From NCBI RefSeq assembly GCF_000014785.1, contig NC_008340.1:2880001-2912000 (forward strand): a DNA stretch of 32,000 bases. The letters are read 5' to 3'. Positions 1-10,945 of the stretch are shown in pieces (position 1 is the first letter of the stretch; each line of letters starts with the position of its first letter). The notes beneath the pieces are model-generated. The model was given only the letters and a program-made list of their open reading frames with translations, was not told the origin of the DNA and searched no databases. The stretch comes from Alkalilimnicola ehrlichii MLHE-1. Lineage in GTDB: Bacteria; Pseudomonadota; Gammaproteobacteria; Nitrococcales; Halorhodospiraceae. The position numbers were made by a program, and so were the translations under genes.

Positions 1-449
1 AGGATGACCTCCTCCGGAGCCAGGCCCTGCTGCCCCTCCAGCCACGTCAGGGCGGCCTCCGCATCCTTATAGACCCCCGGCTCATCCGGCCGCCCCTCGC
101 TTCGGCCGTAGCCGCGATAGTCCAGGATCAGCACCGATACCCCCAGTTCGTGGAAGATCTCCAGCGAATCCAGGCGATGGGAGATGTTGCCGGCATTCCC
201 ATGCAGGAACAGCAGCGTGCCCCGCGGCGAGTCGTGGGGCAGCCACCAGGCGTGCAGGCGCAGTTCGTCGGCCGTGGTCAGCCACACCTCCTGGTAGGGC
301 AGCCCGCGGGCCTCCGGCGTGGCCACCAGCTCGCGCCCAGGAATATGCGGCAGGAAGACCAGCCGGTTCTGCCCCAGGGCCATGATGAGGCTCATCGCCA
401 GCCAGGCCAGCAGGACGGTGCCACCAATGATAACGACGGCTCTGAGCAT
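1..449 (-). CDS. alpha/beta hydrolase (BEM46/ABHD13-like), N-terminal part; 3' end runs off the window
   Basis: Not in the ORF track because it is open at the window edge. My minus-strand translation from the ATG (complement of cat 447-449) reads [42 protein letters not shown]...[31 protein letters not shown]...[14 protein letters not shown]. It has an N-terminal TM anchor plus HGNAGN and DYRGYG motifs typical of this hydrolase family. Confidence 0.7.
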   Translation of the reverse strand, partial: MLRAVVIIGGTVLLAWLAMSLIMALGQNRLVFLPHIPGRELVATPEARGLPYQEVWLTTADELRLHAWWLPHDSPRGTLLFLHGNAGNISHRLDSLEIFHELGVSVLILDYRGYGRSEGRPDEPGVYKDAEAALTWLEGQQGLAPEEVI

Positions 450-673
450 GCTATCTCCGTGATCTGCCCGGCAATCCTGTCATGAATCCAACGTTGATTA
501 TTCGCGACAGTCTGCCAATATGGCAAAAGTCGGGTTACATGCTTGACCAGTCTGACTCAGGACTGCCGAATCCCTCGAGTGCATCGTGTGTTCAGCAGCC
601 TCCCAGCCAGTCCGGGCAACGCTTGCAACCCGGCGGGGAACGCTTTACGTCAAGGTTTTCAGAGGTTGCTGTC

Positions 674-883
674 ATGGCAGAACGCGAGACCGGTACGGTC
701 AAATGGTTTGATAACGCCAAGGGGTTCGGCTTCATCCAGCGCGAGCAGGGTGAGGACGTGTTTGTGCATTTCCGCGCGATCCGCGGTGAGGGCTTCCGCT
801 CGCTGGACGAGGGCCAGCAGGTGGAGTTCAACGTGGTTCGCGGCCCCAAGGGCCTGCAGGCGGAGGACGTGGCGGCGGTCTGA
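674..883 (+). CDS. cspA: cold-shock protein, CspA family
   Basis: 69 aa from ATG 674: [22 protein letters not shown]...DVFVHF. RNP-1 (KGFGFI) and RNP-2 (VFVHF) cold-shock domain motifs are present. The N-terminal extension of track ORF 482-883 is unsupported. Confidence 0.95.
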   Translation: MAERETGTVKWFDNAKGFGFIQREQGEDVFVHFRAIRGEGFRSLDEGQQVEFNVVRGPKGLQAEDVAAV

Positions 884-904
884 GCCCGCCTCGACTGCAT
901 GTCC

Positions 905-930
905 GGACGGGGGCCTGACGGCCCCCGTCC
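905..930. terminator. GC-rich hairpin between convergent cspA and EVE genes (possible bidirectional terminator)
   Basis: ggacgggggcc (905-915), loop tgac, ggcccccgtcc (920-930): a perfect 11-bp stem. It is followed by gcgttctg on the plus strand. There is no long T-tract, so confidence is moderate. Confidence 0.5.
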
Positions 931-954
931 GCGTTCTGCCCGGCGTGAGCCGAC

Positions 955-1431
955 TCAGCCCGCCGGGTCCTGCTCGGCCAGGGCGATAATATGCGCCCAG
1001 TGATCCGGCTCCACCGGCATGACCGACAGCCGGTTCCCCCGGGCCAGCAGCTTCATCCCCTCCAACTGCGGTTGGCGTTTGAGTTCGTGCAGGGTCACCT
1101 TGCGCGGCAGTATCGCCTTGAATTTCACGTCCACCAGGTACCAGCGCGGCTTCTCCGGGTCGCTCTTGGGGTCGTAGTGCTTGTCATCGGGGTCGAACTG
1201 GGTGGGGTCGGGGTAGCCCTCGCGCACGATCTCGACGATGCCGACAATACCCGGCGGCTTGGTGTTGGAATGGTAGAAGAAGGCCAGGTCGCCGACCTTC
1301 ATCTGGTCGCGCATCATGTTGCGCGCCTGGTAGTTGCGCACGCCGTCCCAGGGTTCGATCTGGTCCGGGCGCTGCTTCAGGTCCTCGATGCCGAACTCGT
1401 CCGGCTCCGACTTCATCAGCCAGTAGTTCAT
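955..1431 (-). CDS. EVE (PUA-like) domain-containing protein
   Basis: 158 aa from ATG at 1431: MNYWLMKSEPDEFGIEDL...WDGVRNYQARNMMRDQMKVGDLAFFYHS...KPRWYLVDVKF, a canonical EVE-domain layout. The track ORF extends 30 codons further upstream toward the palindromic repeat; I reject that extension. Confidence 0.85.
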   Translation of the reverse strand: MNYWLMKSEPDEFGIEDLKQRPDQIEPWDGVRNYQARNMMRDQMKVGDLAFFYHSNTKPPGIVGIVEIVREGYPDPTQFDPDDKHYDPKSDPEKPRWYLVDVKFKAILPRKVTLHELKRQPQLEGMKLLARGNRLSVMPVEPDHWAHIIALAEQDPAG

Positions 1432-1507
1432 GCACTCCCCCGGTTGCAAGCCAATAATCGGCGCCAGTTTTGCACAGCGCGACGGGGTTTGTCTTATCGG
1501 CCCGGGC

Positions 1508-1721
1508 GGCTGTTGGGACATGCCGGGGAGGGGCGGAGATCGGGATGGGGCGACTTATGCGCACCGAGCAACGCAGCAAAAGAGCGGAAAAAAGGCGCGC
1601 CTGTCCGAGCGAAGCGAGTTCGCGCCGCCGCTCTTTTGCGAGTAGCGCAGGGGACCCCGAAGGGGTGCGCATTCGGAGCCCCATCCCGATCTCCGCCCCT
1701 CCCCGGCATGTCCCAACAGCC
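1508..1721. repeat. ~214-bp palindromic MITE/REP-like element with 43-bp perfect terminal inverted repeats
   Basis: Left arm ggctgttgggacatgccggggaggggcggagatcgggatgggg (1508-1550) is the exact reverse complement of 1679-1721. The interior holds further nested inverted repeats: gcaaaagagcgg / ccgctcttttgc and atgcgcacc / ggtgcgcat. It lies in the fau-EVE intergenic gap. Confidence 0.8.
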
Positions 1722-1728
1722 ACCTTGG

Positions 1729-2358
1729 CTAGCGCCTGACCGAGCCGTTTCGCGGGATCCAGATTCCCCGCTCCGTCGCCACCCCGTGCAGCGGGATATC
1801 CCAGGGGGCCAGGGGCAGCTCCGGGACGTGCTGGAAGGACCAGGCCACACCCAGCAGGCGGGGGTGGGTGCGCCAGCGCCAGCGCCCGAGGAAGGCGAAG
1901 CTGGCATCGTAGAAGCCGCCGCCCATGCCGAGCCGGCCGCCCCGGTGGTCGAACGCCACCAGCGGCGTCAGCACCAAGTCGAGATCCCGGGGGCGCAGTA
2001 ACGGGGAGCTGTTGGGCAGCGGCTCGGGGATACCGAACCGGTTGGGTCGTAGCGGCCGCCCCGGGCACCAGGCCCGGAAGCGCAACACCCGGCTGCCGGG
2101 GCGCACCACCGGCAGGTAGAGGGTGATCCCCCGCCGGTGCAGACGCCGCATCAGGGGCAGCGGGTCCATCTCACCGTCGGCGGGCATGAAGGCGGCCAAC
2201 CGGCGGACGTTGCGCAACAGCGGATGGCGGGCCACGCGGCGGGCGAGCTGGCGGGCGGCCCAGCGGCGCACGGCCATGGGTTGCGCACGGCGGCGGGCGC
2301 GCATAGCGTGGCGCACCTGCTGCCTGTCCAAGGGGTCCTGAGGGGGTTCGACCGACAT
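1729..2358 (-). CDS. fau: 5-formyltetrahydrofolate cyclo-ligase
   Basis: 209 aa with a conserved C-terminal core: LVLTPLVAFDHRGGRLGMGGGFYD. It sits immediately downstream of zapA-ssrS, as E. coli ygfA does. Confidence 0.85.
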   Translation of the reverse strand: MSVEPPQDPLDRQQVRHAMRARRRAQPMAVRRWAARQLARRVARHPLLRNVRRLAAFMPADGEMDPLPLMRRLHRRGITLYLPVVRPGSRVLRFRAWCPGRPLRPNRFGIPEPLPNSSPLLRPRDLDLVLTPLVAFDHRGGRLGMGGGFYDASFAFLGRWRWRTHPRLLGVAWSFQHVPELPLAPWDIPLHGVATERGIWIPRNGSVRR

Positions 2359-2404
2359 GCCGATCAGCTTACCAGAGCCATCACACGGCCCCGATAGGGA
2401 AAGA

Positions 2405-2597
2405 AAGACGCCCCCCGCCTGTGCCGTGCGGGCATCGCCCTTGAACCCTGAGGTCCAGGTGGGGATATCGGGAGCGCCTTAGGCTTTCCGCTACCAGGGC
2501 GGACATGCACACCAGCCACTCCACGCCTTATCCCCTGGCGATTACGTTGAGGCTCAAGAATACTTAGCCCGCGCTCGTACACCGCAGGGGGCGTGAG
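2405..2597 (-). ncRNA. ssrS: 6S RNA
   Basis: Minus-strand sequence ...CGCCCCCUGCGGUGUACGAGCGCGGGC...GCGGAAAGCCUAAGGCGCUCC...CCUCAGGGUUCAAGGGCGAUGCCCGCACGGCACAGGCGGGGGGCG. The 5' and 3' ends pair into the long closing stem. The GGGUUCAAGGG block and GAAGCCUAA-like block match my memory of E. coli 6S RNA. The position between zapA and fau is the canonical one. Ends are approximate (+/-10 nt). Confidence 0.75.
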
Positions 2598-2666
2598 TCC
2601 ATGATGGACCAGGGGCACCGGCGCCGTCCAGTCCTTTCGCCCCGACCCCGTTAGGGTGCGGCAGCG

Positions 2667-2951
2667 CTACTCACCGGTGGCCTCGGCGATGCGCGCATCC
2701 AACGCCCGCAGCCGGCGCCGCACGTCCTCCATGCTGGCGTTCTCCTGGCGCGCCTCCAGAAGTTCGTAGGTGATGTTGAGCGCGGCCATCACCGCGATCC
2801 GGTCGGTGCCCAGCACCTTGCCGCGATCCCGGATCTCCTTCATCTTCCGATGCAGGTAATCGGCGGACTGCAACAGCCCCTGTTTCTCGTCCTCGGGGCA
2901 GGCAATCATGTATTCCTTGTCCAGGATCTGGATCTTGACGGGTTCGGTCAT
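2667..2951 (-). CDS. zapA: cell division protein ZapA
   Basis: 94 aa: MTEPVKIQILDKEYMIACPEDEKQGLLQSADYLHRKMKEIR...DRIAVMAALNITYELL, the typical ZapA pattern. GGAGA lies upstream of the ATG at 2951. Confidence 0.9.
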   Translation of the reverse strand: MTEPVKIQILDKEYMIACPEDEKQGLLQSADYLHRKMKEIRDRGKVLGTDRIAVMAALNITYELLEARQENASMEDVRRRLRALDARIAEATGE

Positions 2952-2976
2952 GACAGGGTCTCCGGCGGGGGTGAGG

Positions 2977-3192
2977 TCAACCGTGCTCCATGGCGCGCAG
3001 ACGGCTGATCATGGCCTCGATCTGTGAGCGGGCCAGGTCGTTCTTCTCCTTCAGGCTGGCACGCTCGGCATTGAGCTGCTCCAGGGACTGGCGCAGCACC
3101 CGGTTTTCTTCCCTGAGCCGGGCGTCGGCCTTCAGCAGCGCCTCCACGCGCTGCTCAAGCCGCACCAGCTCTTCGGTAACGGAATCAGCCAC
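2977..3192 (-). CDS. small coiled-coil protein (TIGR02449-like / ZapB-like) upstream of zapA
   Basis: 71 aa from GTG at 3192, with AAGAGG 7 nt upstream. Continuous heptad coiled coil: EELVRLEQRVEALLKADARLREENRVLRQSLEQLNAERASLKEKNDLARSQIEAMISRLRAME. Only this part of track ORF 2977-3912 is credible; the rest is antisense to ygfB. Confidence 0.6.
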   Translation of the reverse strand: MADSVTEELVRLEQRVEALLKADARLREENRVLRQSLEQLNAERASLKEKNDLARSQIEAMISRLRAMEHG

Positions 3193-3330
3193 TTGACGAC
3201 CTCTTTTGACGTTAATCCGGAATATAGTGTGCGCGCCCCTTAAGGTCAACGCAAAAAGAGCGCCACAGCCACCACAATCCCGACTCCCAACCCGAGTGGT
3301 GTTAGCATTGGATGTCCGTAAACAACCCAA

Positions 3331-3915
3331 GTGAGCGTCATGCGCCTGGAAGCAGCCTACGACGACCTGCAGGAAGCCCTCGCAGCTATTAACGCCAGCA
3401 GCCACCCGGCCGAGGCCCACGGTGTGCTCTGTGGCATGAGCGCCCTGCCCGACGGCGCCGACAAGGCGCGTTGGATCGCGCAGGTGCTGAGCGGCACCCA
3501 ACCCAGCGGCGACGCCGCCAAACGGGTCCTGGCCCTGCTCGCCGGCCTCTATGACCAGGTGCAAAGCCAGCTCGACGATAAGGACCTGGCCTTCGACCTG
3601 CTCCTCCCCCCTGACGAGGAGGCCCTGGAGGTGCGCGCCGATGCGCTTTCCCAGTGGTGCCAGGGTTTTCTCTACGGCCTGGGCGTGGCCGGCCTCCCGG
3701 AGCTCAGCGAACTGCCCACGGACGTGCGCGAGGTGCTCACGGACCTGGGTGAGATCGCCCGGGTGGAACTGGACCCCGAGTCCACCGAGGACAACGAGTC
3801 CGCCTACGCGGAGCTGGTGGAATATGTCCGTGTCGCCGCCCTGCTGGTGCGCGACAACCTCCACCCACTGAAACCCGACGCCGGCCCCGCCCCGGACAAA
3901 TCCACCCTGCACTGA
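3331..3915 (+). CDS. ygfB: UPF0149 family protein YgfB
   Basis: 194 aa (GTG 3331; alternative ATG 3340). PAEAHGVLCGM... and QWCQGFLYGLG... motifs match the YgfB family. It is divergent from zapA and directly upstream of pepP, as in E. coli. Confidence 0.85.
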   Translation: MSVMRLEAAYDDLQEALAAINASSHPAEAHGVLCGMSALPDGADKARWIAQVLSGTQPSGDAAKRVLALLAGLYDQVQSQLDDKDLAFDLLLPPDEEALEVRADALSQWCQGFLYGLGVAGLPELSELPTDVREVLTDLGEIARVELDPESTEDNESAYAELVEYVRVAALLVRDNLHPLKPDAGPAPDKSTLH

Positions 3916-3926
3916 CCGGAGTCGCC

Positions 3927-5236
<1,310 letters not shown>

Positions 5237-5240
<4 letters not shown>

Positions 5241-6478
5241 GCGGGCGCTACGACATCATCATCGCCGGCGGCGGCCTGGTGGGGGGCTGTCTGGCCGTGG
5301 CCCTGGGCCAGACCGGGCTGCGGGTGGCGGTGCTGGAGGCGGTGGCCCCGGAGGCCCCGGTACAGCCCAGCTACGACGACCGCACCACCGCCCTCTCCCC
5401 GGTCTCGCGCCGGATCTTGGAGGCCCTGGATCTGTGGCCCGATCTCGAGGGGGAAATCACTCCGATCCGCGAGATCCACATCTCCGAGCAGGGCGGCTTC
5501 GGCTATGCCCGCCTGCGCGCCGATCGCGAGGGCGTGCCGGCCCTGGGCTACCTGGTCCCCAACCGGCGTTTCGGGCAGGTCCTGCCGCAGCGGCTGCGCC
5601 AACAATCGGGACTGGACTACCTGACACCGGCGCGCGCCGTGGCCACGCGCACCACCCCCGGGGGCATCGAGGTCACCATCGAGGACGACGAGGGCCGGCG
5701 ACGGCCGCTGCAGGCCCGGCTGGCGGTTGCCGCCGACGGCACCCACTCGGCGCTGCGCGAGCTCTGGGACCTGCCCCTGCAGACCCATGACTACGGCAGC
5801 CACGCGGTAATCGCCAACCTCACGCCGGAGGAGGACCACCGCGGCCGCGCCTTCGAACGCTTCACCCCGGATGGCCCCATGGCGCTGCTGCCCACCACCG
5901 GCGGGCGCTGCGCCCTGGTCTGGTCAGTGGCCGACGCCGAACTGAACCAGGTGCTGGCCCTCGACGACGCCGCCTTCCTGGCCCAGGTCCAGCGCCGCTT
6001 CGGCTACCGCCTGGGCCGCCTCCGCCAGGTGGGCCGACGCGGCCACTACCCGCTGCGGGGCCACCGGGTCACCCAGCCGCTGGCGCCCCGGGGGGTCGTG
6101 ATCGGCAATGCCGCCCACACCATGCATCCGGTGGCGGGTCAGGGGCTCAACCTGGCCCTGCGCGACGTCGCCTGGCTCGCCCAACTGCTGGCCGAGGCGG
6201 AGCGGGCCGGCGAGGACGTGGGCCACCCGGCCCTGCTGCAACGCTATGCCCGCCAGCGCCAGGCGGACACCCGCCTGATCATGGGCTTCACCCATCTGCT
6301 ACTGGGCAGCTTCGGCAACCGCCTGCCCGGACTGCGTGCCGGGCGCAACCTGGCGCTGAAATGGCTGGACGTCATACCGCCGGCGCGGCGGGCCTTCATG
6401 AGACTGGGTATGGGACTGGGGGCGCCGCTGCCGGCACTGGCCGCGGGCTGCCCGCTGAATCGCGAGGAACGGCGATGA
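5237..6478 (+). CDS. ubiH: FAD-dependent ubiquinone-biosynthesis hydroxylase, UbiH-type
   Basis: 413 aa. N-terminal dinucleotide fold YDIIIAGGGLVGG and fingerprint GNAAHTMHPVAGQGLNLALRD. ATGA start/stop overlap with pepP. Confidence 0.85.
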
Positions 6479-7698
6479 AGATCGATTACGAGGCCGTCAT
6501 CCAGGGCGGCGGCATGGTGGGCCTGGCCCTGGCCCTCACCCTGGCACGGGCCGGCCTGCCGGTGGCCGTCCTGGAGGCCCACACCCCGCGGCGCTGGCGC
6601 CGCGAGGACCCGGTGGATCAGCGCGTCTCCGCCATCTCGGTGGCCTCGGAGCGCTACCTGGGCCGGCTGGGTGCCTGGGCGGACATCCGCCGCGCCCGCG
6701 CCTGTCCCTTCCACGGCATCCATGCCTGGGACGGCGAGGGCGGTGGCGCCATCCACTTCGACGCCCACCGTTACGGCGAGCCCCACCTGGGTCATATCGT
6801 GGAGAACCGGCTGATCCAGACCACCCTCTGGCAGCACCTGTCCCGACACGACAACGTACGCCTGATGGTGCCCGGCAGCGTCGAGGGCTGGGATGCGGAG
6901 CCGGAGGGCCTGCGGGTACGGCTGAACGACGGTGGCGAGTGCACCACCCGGCTGCTGGTGGGCGCGGACGGCGCCCGCTCGCGCCTGCGGGAGCTAGCCG
7001 GAATCGGCCACAGCGTGCGCCCTTACGGGCAGCACGGCGTGGTGGGGACGGTCTGGCCGGAGCACCACCACGGCGGCATCGCCCGCCAGCGTTTTCTGCC
7101 CACCGGGCCGCTGGCCCTGCTGCCGCTAGCCGACGGCAGTTGCTCCATTGTCTGGTCCTGCCCGGAGGCCCAGGCCACGGAGCTGCTCGAGCTGCCGGAG
7201 GCGCGCTTTCGCGAACAGCTCACCCAGGCCAGTGAGGCCGTGCTCGGGCCGATCAACGCCTGCGGCCCGCGGGCGGCCTTCCCGCTGCGGCGCAGCCACG
7301 CCAGGCGCTATATCGACCGGCGCCTGGCCCTGGTGGGCGACGCCGCCCACACCATCCACCCCCTGGCCGGCCAGGGGGTCAACCTGGGCTTCATGGACGC
7401 CGCCACCCTCGCCGAGGAGATGCTGGCGGCCCACGAGCGTGGCCGCGACCCGGGCGGCCAGGCGGTGCTGCAGCGCTTCCAGCGCCGGCGCCTGGGCGCC
7501 AACCACCTGATGCAGACCGGCATGGACGCCTTCCACTGGTTGTTCGCCAACGACCTGCCACCGCTGGTGGTGCTGCGCAGCCTGGGGCTGAGTCTCACTG
7601 ACCGGCTGGCGCCGGCCAAGTCGCTGTTCATGGCGCGGGCCATGGGACTCAGCGGCGAGCTGCCGGCGCTGGCGCGTCCCCATCCGCAGACCGGCTGA
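6475..7698 (+). CDS. ubiI: FAD-dependent ubiquinone-biosynthesis hydroxylase, UbiI/VisC-type
   Basis: 407 aa from ATG 6475 (ATGA overlap with the ubiH stop). VIQGGGMVGLALAL Rossmann fold and GDAAHTIHPLAGQGVNLGFMD fingerprint. The N-terminal extension of the track ORF (6361) is rejected. Confidence 0.85.
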   Translation: MKIDYEAVIQGGGMVGLALALTLARAGLPVAVLEAHTPRRWRREDPVDQRVSAISVASERYLGRLGAWADIRRARACPFHGIHAWDGEGGGAIHFDAHRYGEPHLGHIVENRLIQTTLWQHLSRHDNVRLMVPGSVEGWDAEPEGLRVRLNDGGECTTRLLVGADGARSRLRELAGIGHSVRPYGQHGVVGTVWPEHHHGGIARQRFLPTGPLALLPLADGSCSIVWSCPEAQATELLELPEARFREQLTQASEAVLGPINACGPRAAFPLRRSHARRYIDRRLALVGDAAHTIHPLAGQGVNLGFMDAATLAEEMLAAHERGRDPGGQAVLQRFQRRRLGANHLMQTGMDAFHWLFANDLPPLVVLRSLGLSLTDRLAPAKSLFMARAMGLSGELPALARPHPQTG

Positions 7699-9319
7699 GC
7701 CGGACCTCGGTCTCCGGCTCCTGCCAGCCCGCCGGTACCCCCGCTGGCGCCATCTGCAACGTCAGCCGGAAGCAGGCCCCCGCCTCGCCCGGGTTGCTCA
7801 GGCGGAGATCGGCCCGATTGCTCTCGCAGAGCTCCCGGCAGATGAAGAGCCCCAGCCCAGACCCGGACGGCCGGCTGGTGAAAAAGGGCTCGAACACACT
7901 GTTGGCGATATCCCGCCCGACACCGGGGCCATCGTCGCAGATCTCCAGCCACGCCTCCCCGGCTTGCGGCTGCCGTCCGCTCAGGGTGACCGTCACCCTC
8001 GGGCGGCCGTCCGAGGCGTGGCGAACGGCGTTCTCCACCAGGTTGGTCAACACTTGGTGGAGGTGGTTGGGGTCGAACAGCACCAACAGCCCCGCCGGCG
8101 TCACCCGACAGCGGATGCGGGCCCCCTCCCGGCCGTGCTGCTCGCCCCAGCGCTGCAGGAACTCCTGAAGAAAGGCGTCCAGCGCCACCGCCTCCCGCCG
8201 CGCCCGTCCCCGCCGGGAGAGTTGCTGCACGTCCTCGACGATGGTGTTGAGCCGCCGGCCGTGGCGGCGAACGATGTCCAGCAACCGCCGGTCATCCTCG
8301 CTCAGATCCGGCGACTCGGCCAGCAGTTGCCCGGCATGCAGAATGGCACTGAGCGGATTGCGGATCTCGTGGGCGATACTGGCCGTCAGCCGGCCGAGGG
8401 CGGCCAGTTTGGCCTGCTGCACCCGGGCACGCAGTTCCGCTTGGTCCTCCAGCAACAGCAACAACGGCCCCTCCGGGTCCGCGCCCAGCGCGGAGATGTT
8501 CACCCGCACCTCGGCGCCACGCGCCTGCACCGGCACCACCAGGCCGGAACCCACCCGGCCCCGCCGCCAGCGCCGCACTGCGAGATCCAGGGTCGGCGCC
8601 ACATGCTCCAGCGCCGCGCCGCGGCCGCTGGCCAGCCAGCCCATGGCGGAATGGTTGAGCAGCCGGATGATGCCGGCCCCGTCCACCACCACCACCCCCG
8701 GTTCCATGTGCTGGACGATGTGCTCGTTTAGCGCCTGCATGTTGGCCAGGTCCACCCCGCGGCGTTCGGCCAGGGCCTGCGCCGTACGCACGCGGATGGC
8801 CAGCAGGCTACCGCCGGCGCCGAGCAGAAACAGGCCCATGCCGTACATCCCCACCAGGGTGTAGCCCTCAGCGGCGCCGTCGGCGTAGAGGGCCACGAAG
8901 CCCTGGACCGCCAGCAGGGCGAGCGTGGCCATGGCCGCCAACCCCAGCGCCAGGCGCAGATTGGCCAGCATCAGGCTGCCACCGGCCACCACGATCAACA
9001 CCAGCAGGGCAAGCCCGCCGTCCATCCGACCGGTGGCCGCTACCAGCAGACTCAGTGCCAGGACATCCACGCCCAACTGGGCGTAAAGCTGCAGGGAGAA
9101 GGCCGGAACCCGTCGCTGCTGCAGCCATAAGGCCACCACCGACCAGGCGAGGTAGGCCAGCAGGGTGGCCAGGAAGACGTCCGTCCAGCGCACGGCCAGC
9201 AGTAAGGGTTCGCCCCGGGCCCAGATGAAGAGCAACAGCAGCGCCAGCACCACCACCAGGCGGTAGCCGCAGAAGACCTGCAGCGCCGCCCAATCGTTCG
9301 CCCGCGCGGTGGTCATCAC
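7649..9319 (-). CDS. PilS-like sensor histidine kinase (multi-TM, PAS, HisKA, HATPase)
   Basis: 556 aa. About 6 N-terminal hydrophobic helices, a PAS-like segment (VQHMEPGVVVVDGAGIIRLLN), H-box ASIAHEIRNPLSAI, N-box LVENAVRH, G1 DDGPGV and G2 GSGLGL. A ~35-aa low-complexity tail overlaps the 3' end of ubiI. Confidence 0.8.
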   Translation of the reverse strand: MMTTARANDWAALQVFCGYRLVVVLALLLLFIWARGEPLLLAVRWTDVFLATLLAYLAWSVVALWLQQRRVPAFSLQLYAQLGVDVLALSLLVAATGRMDGGLALLVLIVVAGGSLMLANLRLALGLAAMATLALLAVQGFVALYADGAAEGYTLVGMYGMGLFLLGAGGSLLAIRVRTAQALAERRGVDLANMQALNEHIVQHMEPGVVVVDGAGIIRLLNHSAMGWLASGRGAALEHVAPTLDLAVRRWRRGRVGSGLVVPVQARGAEVRVNISALGADPEGPLLLLLEDQAELRARVQQAKLAALGRLTASIAHEIRNPLSAILHAGQLLAESPDLSEDDRRLLDIVRRHGRRLNTIVEDVQQLSRRGRARREAVALDAFLQEFLQRWGEQHGREGARIRCRVTPAGLLVLFDPNHLHQVLTNLVENAVRHASDGRPRVTVTLSGRQPQAGEAWLEICDDGPGVGRDIANSVFEPFFTSRPSGSGLGLFICRELCESNRADLRLSNPGEAGACFRLTLQMAPAGVPAGWQEPETEVRLSRSADGDAPAPAARR

Positions 9320-9325
9320 CGGCGC

Positions 9326-9592
9326 TCAGCCCTCCCAGCGGGCGGCGTCACGGTGGCCGTCGCTGCAGTACCACCGCCCGGCGTCCTCCACCGCCTCGTT
9401 GCGCGGCACGTAGACCCCGCAGTGCTCGCAGCGCACCATCGCCTCCACCCGGTCACGCCCCCGACCCCGGCGCTGGCTTTGCTCGTCCGCCACCGCTGCC
9501 CGCTCCCGTTGTTCGCGCAGCTGGCGCAGCACCGAGCGCAGCCCCAACCAGGCCAGGATGAGCACTATAATGACGAGGATCTGTCCGAGCAT
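9326..9592 (-). CDS. small membrane-anchored zinc-ribbon protein (PP0621-family-like)
   Basis: 88 aa from ATG 9592 (GGAGA upstream). It has an N-terminal TM helix ([18 protein letters not shown]), a basic linker, and a C-terminal CEHCGVYVP...YCSDGH Cys/His cluster. Its stop is 6 nt upstream of the kinase start. The family call is from memory. Confidence 0.55.
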   Translation of the reverse strand: MLGQILVIIVLILAWLGLRSVLRQLREQRERAAVADEQSQRRGRGRDRVEAMVRCEHCGVYVPRNEAVEDAGRWYCSDGHRDAARWEG

Positions 9593-9740
9593 GGGGTCTC
9601 CGTGGGCGAATCGACGCTTCAGCCCCCACTTTACCCCATCGGATTCCACACCGGGGCGACAATTTGCCGCGTTTTTTGCTTTTGGACCGGGCTTTGATAG
9701 AGAATACGCAGGCTTTTCACGAGGAGGAGGCAGGCCATCC

Positions 9741-10916
<1,176 letters not shown>

Positions 10917-10945
10917 ACCACGCCGGAGAAGAGGATCCAATCGAC

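Noticed and set aside
494-673. Possible cspA promoter (TTGATT-N17-AATATG) and a long 5' UTR thermosensor
   Set aside because: The -10 match is only 3 of 6, and I cannot fold the leader by eye. The 224-nt gap upstream of cspA is consistent with a long leader, but the specific promoter call is unsupported.
991-2068. 336-aa plus-strand and 294-aa minus-strand ORFs spanning EVE, the palindrome and fau
   Set aside because: They run through the perfect inverted repeat and overlap two well-supported genes in other frames or strands. Their sequence is Arg/Pro/Ala-rich.
2364-2618. 84-aa minus-strand ORF
   Set aside because: It is fully explained by 6S RNA (see feature). It has no RBS and no protein-like composition.
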